Position numbers and translations under genes: made by a program. DNA of 63,973 bases, the filler included, from Deltaproteobacteria bacterium (GTDB lineage Bacteria > JAUYMQ01), in assembly GCA_030698575.1 (NCBI GenBank). It is 8 parts of 8 records of this genome, joined end to end, with 100 filler letters (N's around TTAATTAATTAA, not from the genome) between each part and the next. Parts side by side here need not be neighbours in the genome. Positions count along the whole stretch, not along the records: positions 6,982 to 36,427 come from JAUYMQ010000294.1; 7 more parts are not named here. One strand, written 5' to 3'. Shown in pieces: positions 21,888 to 31,597 of the stretch (within the stretch, counting starts at the first letter, position 1; every line of letters begins with the position of its first letter). The notes under the pieces were generated by a model. It had not been told where the DNA came from. It searched no databases and worked only from the letters and a program-made list of their open reading frames with translations.

Positions 21888-22412
21888 ATGACATCCGGGA
21901 GATACCGCATGAACTTTCTCACTGACATGCAGCTTTACTTTCGAGGCGAGAAGATCGAGAGCTTCTACATCCTGCTTGCCTCCGTCGTGCTCCTCGCCAC
22001 GGCACTGATTCTCATCATCTCGGTGCGCCAGCCATTCACGCGAGGGCTCGGCGCCACGCTGCTGGGCGCGGCGCTGATCAGGCTCACGGTCGGTGGAACG
22101 GTGTACATGCGGACGGATTCGCAGGTCTCGAAACTCCAGTCGGTCTACGAAGCCGACCGACAGCACTTTGCCGAGGCCGAAGGGCCGCGCATGGACAAGG
22201 TCGTCGAGAGTTTCCGCCTCTACCGCATCATGTATGCCCTGTCGGCCCTCGCCGCGGTCGGCCTGCTCACGCTGACGGGCCGCCCGCTCTTGCACGGGAT
22301 CGCCGTCGGGCTCTTCGTCTTCGCGGCCATGGGTTACACGATCGACCACTACGCAGAGGAGCGCGCATTGTGGTACACCGAGGTGGTCCACATGCAGTCA
22401 GCCGCCGACTAG
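21888..22412 (+). CDS. Hypothetical 4-TM membrane protein
   Basis: Four hydrophobic segments; the start may be the ATG at 21909. Confidence 0.65.
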   Translation: MTSGRYRMNFLTDMQLYFRGEKIESFYILLASVVLLATALILIISVRQPFTRGLGATLLGAALIRLTVGGTVYMRTDSQVSKLQSVYEADRQHFAEAEGPRMDKVVESFRLYRIMYALSALAAVGLLTLTGRPLLHGIAVGLFVFAAMGYTIDHYAEERALWYTEVVHMQSAAD

Positions 22413-22427
22413 AGAGGTAAGCTCATC

Positions 22428-23414
22428 GTGCGAATCAACCGTTTCACCATCAACGCGCTATTTGTGCTTCTCCTCCCCGTCGTGGTCGCCGTCTTCGGGC
22501 TGGGAGTCTTCTCGGCCGTCGCCCTGGTGGTGCTCGGCCTCCTCTGGCGGTGGTCGCTCACGCTGTCTGCGCTTACATCGCCGCCGAGCGGACCCGAGGT
22601 CAGGCTCGAGACCATCTCCGCCAGCCACTACGTCGAGAAGGCCCGGTGGTGCCTCGATCGGCTGGGCGTGCCTTACGTGGAGGATCACAACGCGGGCACG
22701 CTGGGTGTTTTCTTTCTCGGACGGACCGTTCCTCGGCTCCACGTCCGGACGGGCGCCGTCATGTCTTCCATCGGGAATTCCTCCGACATCCTGCGCTATC
22801 TCTGGGGGAGGTACGGCGTGGAGTACGGCGAGCGGGCTGCGTTCCTCGAGCCCACGAAGGAAGCGCTCGATCTCGAGCGGCAGTTCGACGAGTACGGCCG
22901 GGACATGCAGCGATGGATCTACTGGCACATCCTCCCCGACAAGCGATTCACGCTTCACGCATGGGGCGCCAACGATCCGACACTCCCGGCCTGGCAGCGG
23001 TCGCTGGTCAAGCTCCTCTATCCGATCCTCCGAACGATGATTACCAAAGCCTTCAGACTGAGCCCGCAGGCAAAGCAAAAGGCTGTGGAGAATATCGACC
23101 GTGTGATCGCCAGCGTGGACGAGCGGCTGGCCGACGGCCGAAAGACGCTCCTGGGCGGCGACTCGTTGAGCTTTGTCGACATCACCTTCGCCGCGCTTTC
23201 GGGGCACTGGACCTATCCGGAGGGCTACGGGCGCGGCAAGGTCGAAGCCGTCATTCTTACAGCGGAGCATCTGCCGCCTGAAATGGCGCGTGAGATGGCT
23301 GCCTGGCGCGAGAAGTATCCCCGCGTCGCGGCGTTCATCGAGCGCGTGTACCGCGACGAGCGCGATCCCCAGGGCTCCGCGGGCGCGCCCTCCCCGGCCG
23401 GCGCCGCGACCTGA
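22428..23414 (+). CDS. GST-family protein with an N-terminal membrane anchor
   Basis: About 45 hydrophobic N-terminal residues, then SHYVEKARW, TVP, NSSDILRYL, FVDITFAAL. Confidence 0.75.
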   Translation: MRINRFTINALFVLLLPVVVAVFGLGVFSAVALVVLGLLWRWSLTLSALTSPPSGPEVRLETISASHYVEKARWCLDRLGVPYVEDHNAGTLGVFFLGRTVPRLHVRTGAVMSSIGNSSDILRYLWGRYGVEYGERAAFLEPTKEALDLERQFDEYGRDMQRWIYWHILPDKRFTLHAWGANDPTLPAWQRSLVKLLYPILRTMITKAFRLSPQAKQKAVENIDRVIASVDERLADGRKTLLGGDSLSFVDITFAALSGHWTYPEGYGRGKVEAVILTAEHLPPEMAREMAAWREKYPRVAAFIERVYRDERDPQGSAGAPSPAGAAT

Positions 23415-23536
23415 TCCGGGCTGCGGCCCGTTTTTCCGTCCTCGCTCGACGACGGCTCAAGGTTCCGGACCTCCAGCCTCTACATCCACTTCGTACTGTG
23501 GTAGCCTCGATCAGCGGAAGTTGCCTCCGAGGTGCC

Positions 23537-24229
23537 ATGTACAAACTGGTCATTGGAAACAAGAACTACTCCTCCTGGTCCCTCCGGGCCTGGCTCTACC
23601 TCAGGCAAAGCGCGATCGCCTTCGAAGAGATCCGGATTTCGCTTTACAGCGAGACCGAGTGGCGGAACGAACTGCGGCGCTACACGCCGGCGGGACGGGT
23701 TCCCGTTCTTCTCGACGGCAAGCACCCGGTCTGGGACTCGCAGGCGATTATCGAGTACCTCATCGAGCGGGAGCCGCAGGCCATCAGCTGGCCTGCCGAC
23801 GCCCGCGCGCGCGCGGTGGCGCGGTCGGTTTCCGCCGAGATGCACTCGGGTTTTCTGGCCATCCGCGACGAGCTGCCGCAGAACCTCCGGGCGCGCCGGC
23901 CCCGGGCGATGTCCGCCCTGTCGGCGGCCTGCAGGTCGCAGATCGCCCGGATCGACGAGATCTGGACGCACTGCCTCCGGGACTTCGGCGACGGCGGCCC
24001 CTGGCTTTTCGGCCCGTTCAGCATCGCCGACGTGATGTTCGCGCCCGTGGCCCTGCGTTTCGTCACCTACGCCATCCCGGTCAGTCCCGAGGCCGAAACC
24101 TTCATCCGATCGGTTGAGGGGCTTCCCGCCGTGCAGGACTGGGGGCGCGAAGCGGAAGCTGAGCCGGAGCGCCTTGCCTTCATCGATGATCTTTTACCCG
24201 CCGGCCAGACTCCGCTGACGCCCGGGTGA
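23537..24229 (+). CDS. Glutathione S-transferase family protein
   Basis: GNKNYSSWSLR, GRVPVL, EMHSGF, FSIAD. Confidence 0.9.
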   Translation: MYKLVIGNKNYSSWSLRAWLYLRQSAIAFEEIRISLYSETEWRNELRRYTPAGRVPVLLDGKHPVWDSQAIIEYLIEREPQAISWPADARARAVARSVSAEMHSGFLAIRDELPQNLRARRPRAMSALSAACRSQIARIDEIWTHCLRDFGDGGPWLFGPFSIADVMFAPVALRFVTYAIPVSPEAETFIRSVEGLPAVQDWGREAEAEPERLAFIDDLLPAGQTPLTPG

Positions 24230-24293
24230 CCAGTCACCCGGGTCAGGCATTTTTTTCCATCCGGCCCGGCTTCGTGATCTAGGGAATGTCGCC

Positions 24294-25085
24294 ATGCCAA
24301 GCTCTCAGAAGGATCCGCTGCTTCTCGAGCGCGATGGCGCGGTGGTGACGCTCACGCTGAACGCACCGCCGCACAACCCGATCGGCATGGCCATGGTGGA
24401 TCGGCTCGAGGGGGCCCTCGAAGAGCTCGCCTCCGACCGGAGCGCCCGGGCGATCATCCTGACGGGAGCGGGCGATCGGAGCTTCTCGGTCGGCGCCGAC
24501 ATCACGGAGTTCGGAACCGCCGTCGCGAAGATGGGATTGAAGGACTTCATCGGACAGCGCCTCCGGCTGGTGGACCGCATCGAAAACCTGGGGAAGCCGG
24601 TCGTCTGCGCCATCCGGGGTGCATGCGTCGGCGGCGGGCTCGAACTGGCGCTCGGCTGCCACTTCCGGCTGGCGGCGGAGGGCGCGCGCATCGCGTTGCC
24701 CGAGATCGAGCTGGGTGTGGTGCCGGCCTGGAGCGGCACGCAGCGCCTCACACGGACCGTGGGGCGCGCGCACGCGCTCGACCTCATGCTTCTCGCAAAA
24801 AAGATCGGCGCCGAGGAGGCCTACCGGATAGGGCTCGTCCACGAGGTGTGCACGCCGGAAGCGCTACTGGACCGGGCGCGCGCGCTTGCCGCGGAGCTGG
24901 CCGGAAAACCGCCGCTGGCGGTGGCGGGGATTCTGAAGGCGGTGATCGAGGGAGGCGGGCTCCCGCTCGGCGAGGGGCTCGCGCTGGAGCTCGAGGCGCT
25001 GGAGCGCACGAGCGGCTCGAAGGACGCGCAGGAGGGGATCATGGCCTTCCTCGAGAAGCGAAAGCCGGTTTTTCGGGGAGAGTAA
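24294..25085 (+). CDS. Enoyl-CoA hydratase/isomerase
   Basis: FSVGADI, GGGLE, LPEIELG, FLEKRKP. Confidence 0.92.
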   Translation: MPSSQKDPLLLERDGAVVTLTLNAPPHNPIGMAMVDRLEGALEELASDRSARAIILTGAGDRSFSVGADITEFGTAVAKMGLKDFIGQRLRLVDRIENLGKPVVCAIRGACVGGGLELALGCHFRLAAEGARIALPEIELGVVPAWSGTQRLTRTVGRAHALDLMLLAKKIGAEEAYRIGLVHEVCTPEALLDRARALAAELAGKPPLAVAGILKAVIEGGGLPLGEGLALELEALERTSGSKDAQEGIMAFLEKRKPVFRGE

Positions 25086-25137
25086 ACGCGACGGACGTGA
25101 AGCGAGATCCAACAACGAAAAAAAGAAAACCCGGTCC

Positions 25138-28100
25138 CTAAAGTTCCTCGAGGAAAGCGCGCGCCCGGTCGGCGTTGCGCCGGTAGCCGCCCGCCTCCGC
25201 CACTTCAAGCGCCTCGCGCGCAAGCGCGCCGGCCCGGTCCTTCTCGCCCCGCGCCTGCGCCAGGCGCGCCGCGCCTAGCGCGGCGATTGCGGTGACGGCG
25301 CGCGAGTCGATCGCGCGCGAAATGTCCAGCGCACGCTCGTACTCCGCCGCCGCCTTCTCCCAGCGTTCCCGCCCCTGCGCCCGGAAGACGTCGCCCAGCG
25401 CCACGGCCGCGTAAGCCGCCTGCAGCTTCCCGCCCCCGCGTTCCACCGCCAGATTTGCGAAGCGCTCGGCGCGCTCCAGGTCATCCAGCGCCACCAGCGC
25501 CTCGACAATGAGCTGAATGCTCAGCAGGATGTTCGCGCCCAGGATCATCGCTTCCTCGATCGTCTCCACATGGGCGGCGGCGGCCGAGGTCTGCCCGCGC
25601 TCGATCTGGATCGCGAGCAGGATCACCGAGCCGGCCCCGAGCGGCGCCATGTGGCCGATCTCGCGGGCCACCTCGATGCTGCGCCGGGCCCACTCCTGCG
25701 CCTTGTCGTATTCGCCGCGCTGGAAGAGGATCTGGGCGGTCGAAATGGCCGACGAGGATTGTATGGTGAAGTTCGGCGCCTTGAGAGCCAGGCCGTAGGT
25801 CTCGCTCATCAGCGCTTCGGCCCCGGTGAGATCGTCAGTCAGGAAATGGATCGCCCCCTGCATCCACCGTTCAGCGATGTAGAGATCGGCGTACTTCTCG
25901 ACGCCTCCCTCCTCACTCAGCGCATCGACGGCCCATCCAATCGTGGATCGCGCCTTCTCGAAGCGGCCGTCCAGCATGTAGGCCCAGGCGACGCCGCGTG
26001 CGCCCCGGATGGCGTTGATTCTCTCGCCTGTTTCCCGCGACAGTTCGAAGCCCCGCTCCACCAGCGACAGCCCTTCGTCGAAGCCGGTGCGGCCTGCAGC
26101 CATGAGATTCATTCCGCGGAAGGAGTAGAAGGCGGCCAGCGTCGCGCCTTCGCCGAGTTCCTCCGCGATCGCCTGGCCCCTCAACGCGACGGCCTGCGTC
26201 ACCTGCTTGTCAGGACTGCCGTGCAGCACGTTCAAGCGCACGGCGCCCAGGGCAGCCTGCATGGTCCAGCGTTTACGCGCCTCGTCGGGCTCTCCCGCCT
26301 CGTGCAGTTCCACCGCGATCTCCCAGGCCTGGCGCGCGAAACGTCCTGCAGCGCGGTAGGAGGGAATCGATTCGGCCTCGTCGGCGGCCCGCAGCAACGC
26401 CTCCAGCGCCTTCTGGCGATCGTCGCCCCGCGCGTAGTGCTGCGCGATGTGGGCCGCGCGCTCGGCGTCCATATCTCCCGGCGCCGCCTCGAGCATCTGC
26501 GCTATGCGATCATGCAGGCGCCGGCGCTCTTTCATGAGCAGGCCCTCGTAGGCCACCTCCTGCGTGAGGCTCTCGCCGAAGCGGAACTCCTCATGTGAAA
26601 GCGTCACTTTCCGGTGAATCACGCCCTGCTGCTCGAGCGCCTCGAGCTCGGCCGTCACGTCGAGTTGCTCGCCCGCGAGCAGCGCGGCTACAGGCTCCAC
26701 GCGGAACTGTCGGCCCACGACAGCCGCCACCTGCACGACCCGCTTCGCGCTGGCGCCCAATCGGTCCAGTCGCGCGGCGATGACATCCTGGATCGTGTCG
26801 GGAATCTGGATCTGGCCGACAGGCCGCGTAACCTCGACCCCCGTGTTGGAGGGAACGATGAACCCCTCGTCGATGAGCGAGCGCGTCAGCTCCTCGACGA
26901 AGAAGGGGTTCCCCTCGGCCTTCACCACAATACGACGCTCGAGCTCCTCGGGAAGCATGCCGCCAGCGATGGCTCGCACCATCTGTTGCCCCTCGCCGTC
27001 GCGCAGCGGCGCCAGGTTCAGCTGAGTGAAGGCCGCGTGCGTGCGCCAAACCGGCTGGTAGTCGTGCCGGTAGGTCATGACCAGCATCGCGCGCATGTCG
27101 TGAACATGAGAGACGGCCACCTCGAGCATCTCGAGCGACAGCTCGTCCATCCACTGCAGATCCTCGACGACGATCATCACGGGCTTGGCCCGCGCAAGCG
27201 CGCCCACGAGCGAGCCGACGGCCTGGAAGGTCCGGCGCTTCATCTCCTCGGGCGACTGCGCCTCGCCGCCCTCCGGCTCGACCGAGAGCAGTCGCGCGAG
27301 GTAGGGGAACACCTGGGGGGTGTTCAGCCCCAGCTCGTCGAGCCGGGCCTCCATCTTGTCGCGGCTCACCTCGGGGGGCTCGTCCCGCTTCAGTTCAAAG
27401 TGCTGGCGGAGCATCTCGATCCAGGGTCCGTGGGCGATCATCTGGGTGAGCTGCGAGCAACGCGCCTCGAGAAATCCGACTTCTCCCTCCGGAATGCGCT
27501 GCTTGAACTCGTAGAGCAGGCGCGACTTGCCGCTGCCCGCCTCACCGATCATCGCGACGACCTGGGCCATGTCAGTGGAGACCCGCTCGAAGCACGACTG
27601 GAGCTGCGACAGCTCGGCGCGCCGGCCCACCAGCGGCGTGAGCCCGCGGGCCTCGGCGATGGCCATCGGTGTGACGGTCTCGCTCACGCCGAGAACCTCG
27701 AAGGCCGCCACCGGCGCCCTCTTCCCCTTCACCTCGAAGGAGCCCGTCTTGCGCATCTGGAAGAACCCGCGGACCAGCCGCTCCGTGGCGGCGCTGACGA
27801 GGATTATCCCGGGCTCGGCAAGCGACTGGAAGCGCGCGGCGAGGTTCGTCGTGTCGCCGATGGCGGTGTAGTCCATCTTGAGATCGTTGCCGACCGTGCC
27901 CACCACCACAGGGCCGGTATTGATGCCGATGCGCACCTGAAGATCGTCCTCCCGACCCCCGCCACGCCCGGCATTGAACTTCGCAAGCGCCTCGCGGATG
28001 GCGAGCGCGGCGTGCACGGCGCGCTGCGGGGCGTTCTCGTGCGCCACCGGCGCCCCGAATAGCGCCATCATCCCGTCGCCCGCAAGCTGGTTCACAATGC

Positions 28101-28533
28101 CGTCCACCCGGTAGATCTCGGCGAAGGCAAGGGCCAGGTACTGCTCCAGCAGTTCGTGGTACTCCTCCGGATCCATTCCTTCGGCGATGGCGGTGGAACC
28201 GACGAGGTCGCAGAAGAGCACGGTGACGAGCTTCCGCTCACCCGTGATCGAGCTCTTGCTGGTCTTGATCTTCGCGATGAGGCCCTGCGGGATGTGGCGC
28301 GAGAGACGCGCGAAGCGGTCATCGACCGCGGGCGCGGCTGCCTCGGGCGGGGGCGCGGCGCCCTGCCTCGCCCCCGCATCGGCGGTCAGCGCATGGCCAC
28401 AGTCGGGACAGAAGCGGAAATTGGGCTGCAGGCTCGCGCCGCAGCCGGGGCAAGGGATGTTGAGAGGCGCGCCGCAGGCATGGCAGAACCGCTTGCCGGG
28501 GAGAACCTCGGTCTGGCATTGGGCGCATTGCAT
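25138..28533 (-). CDS. Double zinc ribbon - class III nucleotidyl cyclase - AAA ATPase - TPR protein
   Basis: Four CxxC; LFCDLVGST/GDG/GDTTNLAAR; Walker A GEAGSGKS, Walker B EDLQW; helical repeats. Confidence 0.88.
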   Translation of the reverse strand: MQCAQCQTEVLPGKRFCHACGAPLNIPCPGCGASLQPNFRFCPDCGHALTADAGARQGAAPPPEAAAPAVDDRFARLSRHIPQGLIAKIKTSKSSITGERKLVTVLFCDLVGSTAIAEGMDPEEYHELLEQYLALAFAEIYRVDGIVNQLAGDGMMALFGAPVAHENAPQRAVHAALAIREALAKFNAGRGGGREDDLQVRIGINTGPVVVGTVGNDLKMDYTAIGDTTNLAARFQSLAEPGIILVSAATERLVRGFFQMRKTGSFEVKGKRAPVAAFEVLGVSETVTPMAIAEARGLTPLVGRRAELSQLQSCFERVSTDMAQVVAMIGEAGSGKSRLLYEFKQRIPEGEVGFLEARCSQLTQMIAHGPWIEMLRQHFELKRDEPPEVSRDKMEARLDELGLNTPQVFPYLARLLSVEPEGGEAQSPEEMKRRTFQAVGSLVGALARAKPVMIVVEDLQWMDELSLEMLEVAVSHVHDMRAMLVMTYRHDYQPVWRTHAAFTQLNLAPLRDGEGQQMVRAIAGGMLPEELERRIVVKAEGNPFFVEELTRSLIDEGFIVPSNTGVEVTRPVGQIQIPDTIQDVIAARLDRLGASAKRVVQVAAVVGRQFRVEPVAALLAGEQLDVTAELEALEQQGVIHRKVTLSHEEFRFGESLTQEVAYEGLLMKERRRLHDRIAQMLEAAPGDMDAERAAHIAQHYARGDDRQKALEALLRAADEAESIPSYRAAGRFARQAWEIAVELHEAGEPDEARKRWTMQAALGAVRLNVLHGSPDKQVTQAVALRGQAIAEELGEGATLAAFYSFRGMNLMAAGRTGFDEGLSLVERGFELSRETGERINAIRGARGVAWAYMLDGRFEKARSTIGWAVDALSEEGGVEKYADLYIAERWMQGAIHFLTDDLTGAEALMSETYGLALKAPNFTIQSSSAISTAQILFQRGEYDKAQEWARRSIEVAREIGHMAPLGAGSVILLAIQIERGQTSAAAAHVETIEEAMILGANILLSIQLIVEALVALDDLERAERFANLAVERGGGKLQAAYAAVALGDVFRAQGRERWEKAAAEYERALDISRAIDSRAVTAIAALGAARLAQARGEKDRAGALAREALEVAEAGGYRRNADRARAFLEEL

Positions 28534-28729
28534 GGTTGAAAGAGTGGTCCGACGCCGGAGATCCGTCAAGGCGCGATGACGACCGCCGGCCTGAAGGCCC
28601 TTGAATCCGGTCTCCCGGACCCATGGGTTCCGCCCCTCGCGCAGGCGCGCAAACCTGAGATGTCCGGCGGGGCCTCCGGGTTACCGGGCCCCGGCGGCCG
28701 TCGCGATCAACCCTCCGATCAACCCTGAA

Positions 28730-29188
28730 TCAACCTTGGCAGAACATCTTTTCGAGGTGATCGAGGCAGCCGCTCCACCCCTTGTTGTGGTTGTCCCTGT
28801 CTTCCGTCGTGGGGAACAGCTCGTGGGTAACGACCAGCTCGGTGCCGCCTTCCACATCATGCAGTTCCACAGTGACAAGCGTCTCGCCCAGCTTCTCCTC
28901 GATGCCGTCCCACTGCCAGCTGTAGACGATCTTTTCCGGCGGTTTCACCTCGCGGTAGGTCCCGAAGAGATGAAAGATCTTCCCGGCCAGATTCTTCATC
29001 CCGATGCGGTAGGCCCCGCCTTCGCGGAGATCCACTTCGGCCGAGGGAACGGAGAACCCGTCCCCGGGCATCCACCAGCGCTTCAACGCTTCGGGCGATG
29101 TGAACGCTTCGAAGATTTTCGCGCGGGGGGCGCGGAGGGTCCGCTTGATCTGGACGCTCGTCTGGACTTTCGGGTCGGGGGTGGCCAT
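28730..29188 (-). CDS. SRPBCC/AHSA1 domain protein
   Basis: FTSPEALKRW, DLREGG, GTYREV, HNKGW. Confidence 0.88.
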   Translation of the reverse strand: MATPDPKVQTSVQIKRTLRAPRAKIFEAFTSPEALKRWWMPGDGFSVPSAEVDLREGGAYRIGMKNLAGKIFHLFGTYREVKPPEKIVYSWQWDGIEEKLGETLVTVELHDVEGGTELVVTHELFPTTEDRDNHNKGWSGCLDHLEKMFCQG

Positions 29189-29556
29189 GGCTGCTCCTCC
29201 TTCTTGCGCGTCGTTCCGCGCGGCGCTTTACCCGACTTTTCGAGGAAGCGTTCGAGGGCGTCGAGCTGATCTTCCCAGAACCGCGAGTAATCGGCGATCC
29301 ACATGGCGGCCTCACGCATGGGGCCAGCCACAGGCAGGCACTGACGCACGCGGCCCTTCTTCTCGCTGCGGAGAAGGCCCGCCTCTTCGAGAATCCGGAG
29401 ATGCTTCGAGATCGCCGGGAGAGACATCCGGAAAGGGCTGGCAAGCTCCGTCACGCTGGCCCCGCCACGCTTGAGACGGAGCAGGAGTGCGCGGCGCGTG
29501 GGGTCGGAGAGCGCCGCGAAGGCGATGTCGAGCGCGTGCGATGAATACTTAACCAT
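29083..29556 (-). CDS. ArsR/SmtB family regulator
   Basis: FAALSDPTRR, AISKHLRILEEAGL; 3' end overlaps the SRPBCC gene. Confidence 0.88.
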   Translation of the reverse strand: MVKYSSHALDIAFAALSDPTRRALLLRLKRGGASVTELASPFRMSLPAISKHLRILEEAGLLRSEKKGRVRQCLPVAGPMREAAMWIADYSRFWEDQLDALERFLEKSGKAPRGTTRKKEEQPWPPPTRKSRRASRSSGPSAPPARKSSKRSHRPKR

Positions 29557-29593
29557 GCAGTTAAGTATAATTGACGCCTTGTAGGGCTGTCAA
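29545..29593 (-). promoter_or_regulatory. Sigma-70 promoter and palindromic operator for arsR
   Basis: TTGACA-N18-TATACT, 7 nt before the ATG; dyad ATACTTAAC-N6-GTTAAGTAT (29545-29568) spans the start codon. Confidence 0.75.
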
Positions 29594-29832
29594 CACGTCA
29601 GGTGCAACGCCCTGTATTGTGGGGTCGCGGCCTTCCCGTGCTCGGCGGGTCCCGCCCCCGCGCGGCGCGACGGCGGCGCAACCCCCTCGCGCGCCAGCGA
29701 AGGTCGCGCGATCGGCGACAGAAAGGGCAACGATACCGGGCGACTGGTCGCTGGCGCGCGTCGGGCGCCGCCTTTCGCGCCAAGCGCGCGGGGACTCCCA
29801 CCTGCGCGCGGGAAGGCCGCGCCCCCTGCGCA

Positions 29833-29869
29833 TGTCATTGCGAGGAGCGGAGCGACGAAGCAATCCCCC
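29833..29869. repeat. Half copy of a REP-like palindromic repeat
   Basis: TGTCATTGCGAGGAG...CGACGAAGCAATCCCC, matching one arm of 32998-33095. Confidence 0.75.
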
Positions 29870-29894
29870 GGTTCATGGCGAGACCTGGCACCGC

Positions 29895-30104
29895 TCAGAG
29901 CGGCAGGCGGCGGTACTCGTAGCGCTCGCGGGTGCGGAGGTCGACAAGGTCATAGAGCTCGTCGGCGACCCGTCGGACGACCCCCGTCTTCCGGATGCGG
30001 GGTGCGGCGCCGGCGCCTGGGGGTCTGAAGCCCGCCTGCGGCGGCGGCTCGGCCGCAAGGTTCGAGGGCGGGCGGCCGGTGGTCATGAGCGGTTCGCGCG
30101 GCAT
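29895..30104 (-). CDS. Microprotein A (69 aa), DELYDLVD-RERYE motif
   Basis: AAGGAG RBS before ATG 30104; C-terminus paralogous to 30568-30780. Confidence 0.7.
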   Translation of the reverse strand: MPREPLMTTGRPPSNLAAEPPPQAGFRPPGAGAAPRIRKTGVVRRVADELYDLVDLRTRERYEYRRLPL

Positions 30105-30173
30105 GGCAAGCTCCTTTTCGTATTTCCCCGGGTGCGCAAGGCAAGACAGCGCCAAGTTCGTGCAGCGCGTATG

Positions 30174-30190
30174 TGCAACGGGCATGCCAA
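30174..30190 (-). promoter_or_regulatory. Sigma-54 (-24/-12) promoter
   Basis: Minus strand TTGGCATGCCCGTTGCA (GG-N10-GC, near consensus). Confidence 0.7.
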
Positions 30191-30567
30191 GGGACTGACA
30201 ATCCCAAGCGTCTTGAATCGCTGGCGGATCCGCCGCGCGTGGTCCGGCCGGGGCCGGCGCCGCGGCTAGTTTCGAACTTGGCGAGTTCGAACTTGAGATG
30301 CGCACGCGCAGCGCGCCGCTTCCCGTCACCGGCGTGCCCGGGAATGTCAGGGCGCGGTGCAGGTCCGGGATGCGCGATCGTCTCGACGGCGCTGGAGAGG
30401 CGGACTTCGGGGAACGGAGTTCCGATGGGTTCACAGAGGACGGAGGAAGGAAGACGATCGAATCAGAAGAGCCGCCACGATGTGACGGCCCTTCCGGCTG
30501 ACTGCTCTTACGTCAAGAGGTGGCCTGGGGTTTGGCGGCCCAGCCCGCTTGTAACGACGGGCGGTAC

Positions 30568-30780
30568 TCACATGATCGGCTGCCGTTTCCGTTCGTAGCG
30601 CTCCCGAGCATCGCGATCCACCAGATCGTAAAGCTCGTCGGTGAAACGCTTGACACGGGCCTTCCCGTGATCCAGCTCGGCCCGGATGGCAATCTGCGCC
30701 TTGCGGGCAACCTCACAGGCCACCCTCCCGGCGTTTCGCCCCGGGGGGCAGGCAGTGGGAAAAACGTGTCCGAGCACCAT
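30568..30780 (-). CDS. Microprotein B (70 aa), DELYDLVD-RERYE motif
   Basis: AGGAGG RBS before ATG 30780; paralog of 29895-30104. Confidence 0.7.
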   Translation of the reverse strand: MVLGHVFPTACPPGRNAGRVACEVARKAQIAIRAELDHGKARVKRFTDELYDLVDRDARERYERKRQPIM

Positions 30781-30809
30781 AGCAACCTCCTGTTGTGAGG
30801 AGATTCTAG

Positions 30810-30826
30810 CGCACGGGGCATGCCAG
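30810..30826 (-). promoter_or_regulatory. Sigma-54-like promoter
   Basis: Minus strand CTGGCATGCCCCGTGCG (GG-N10-GC); upstream palindrome TGGAAAT-TT-ATTTCCA at 30862-30877. Confidence 0.55.
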
Positions 30827-30972
30827 GGCCAGAGTCCCGCGGGATTTCCCTTGTGTGGCCTTGGAAATTTATTTCCATGGACCGAATGCGGTACCCCGGG
30901 CCGTGCGGCGCCCAGCACGGAATAGCGCAATGCGTCATGCCAATTTCAGCATAGCACTCGCCGGGCCGCGGT

Positions 30973-31557
30973 CTACCCCTTGGTCTTCTCCAGGTGCCGG
31001 ACCAGCAGTTCGATCCGGTCGTTGCCCCAGAACTTCTCGCCGTCGATGATGAAGGTCGGAAATCCGAAGACCTCGTCCGACTCGCCGGCCTTGTTGCTCG
31101 CGTCGAGCGCGGCCGAGTACTTCGAGTGATCCACGGCCGCGAGGTACTCCTTCCGGTCGAGTCCGCACTTCTCGGCGATGTCCCCCAGCACCGCCTCGTC
31201 GCCGATGTCCTTTCCCTCGAGCCAGCGCGCGCTGTAGACCGCGTCATGATAGGCCTTCTCGCACCCCTTCTCCCGCGCGAAGAAGAAGCCGCGGCAGGCC
31301 TTCCCCGTGTCCGCGAACGGGCCCGGGTTCAGCTTCAGGTCGTACAGATCCGCGAAGCGCTCGATGTCCTTGAACAGGTACTTGAACTTCGGCGACGTGA
31401 AATCCGGGCCGCCTCCTCCGCTCCCGCGGGGCGAGTAGATCGGGCTGCGCTCGATCTCCAGGTCGAAGCGCTTGACTGCCTTTTCGATCCGGGTGTTGCC
31501 GAGAAACGAGTAAGGGCTGTTGTACGCGAAGTAGAACTTCAGCATGCCTTTCGCCAT
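30973..31557 (-). CDS. DsbA-like kappa-GST / 2-hydroxychromene-2-carboxylate isomerase family
   Basis: FYFAYNSPYSFL, VFGFPTF, FWGNDR. Confidence 0.88.
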   Translation of the reverse strand: MAKGMLKFYFAYNSPYSFLGNTRIEKAVKRFDLEIERSPIYSPRGSGGGGPDFTSPKFKYLFKDIERFADLYDLKLNPGPFADTGKACRGFFFAREKGCEKAYHDAVYSARWLEGKDIGDEAVLGDIAEKCGLDRKEYLAAVDHSKYSAALDASNKAGESDEVFGFPTFIIDGEKFWGNDRIELLVRHLEKTKG

Positions 31558-31597
31558 TTCATCCTCCGGAAGGGGGAAAAATTTGGGATGCGAAGAG

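Noticed and set aside
25138-28533. Cyclase-AAA-TPR protein as a possible STAND-type defence system
   Set aside because: A widespread signalling architecture; no effector or defence neighbours
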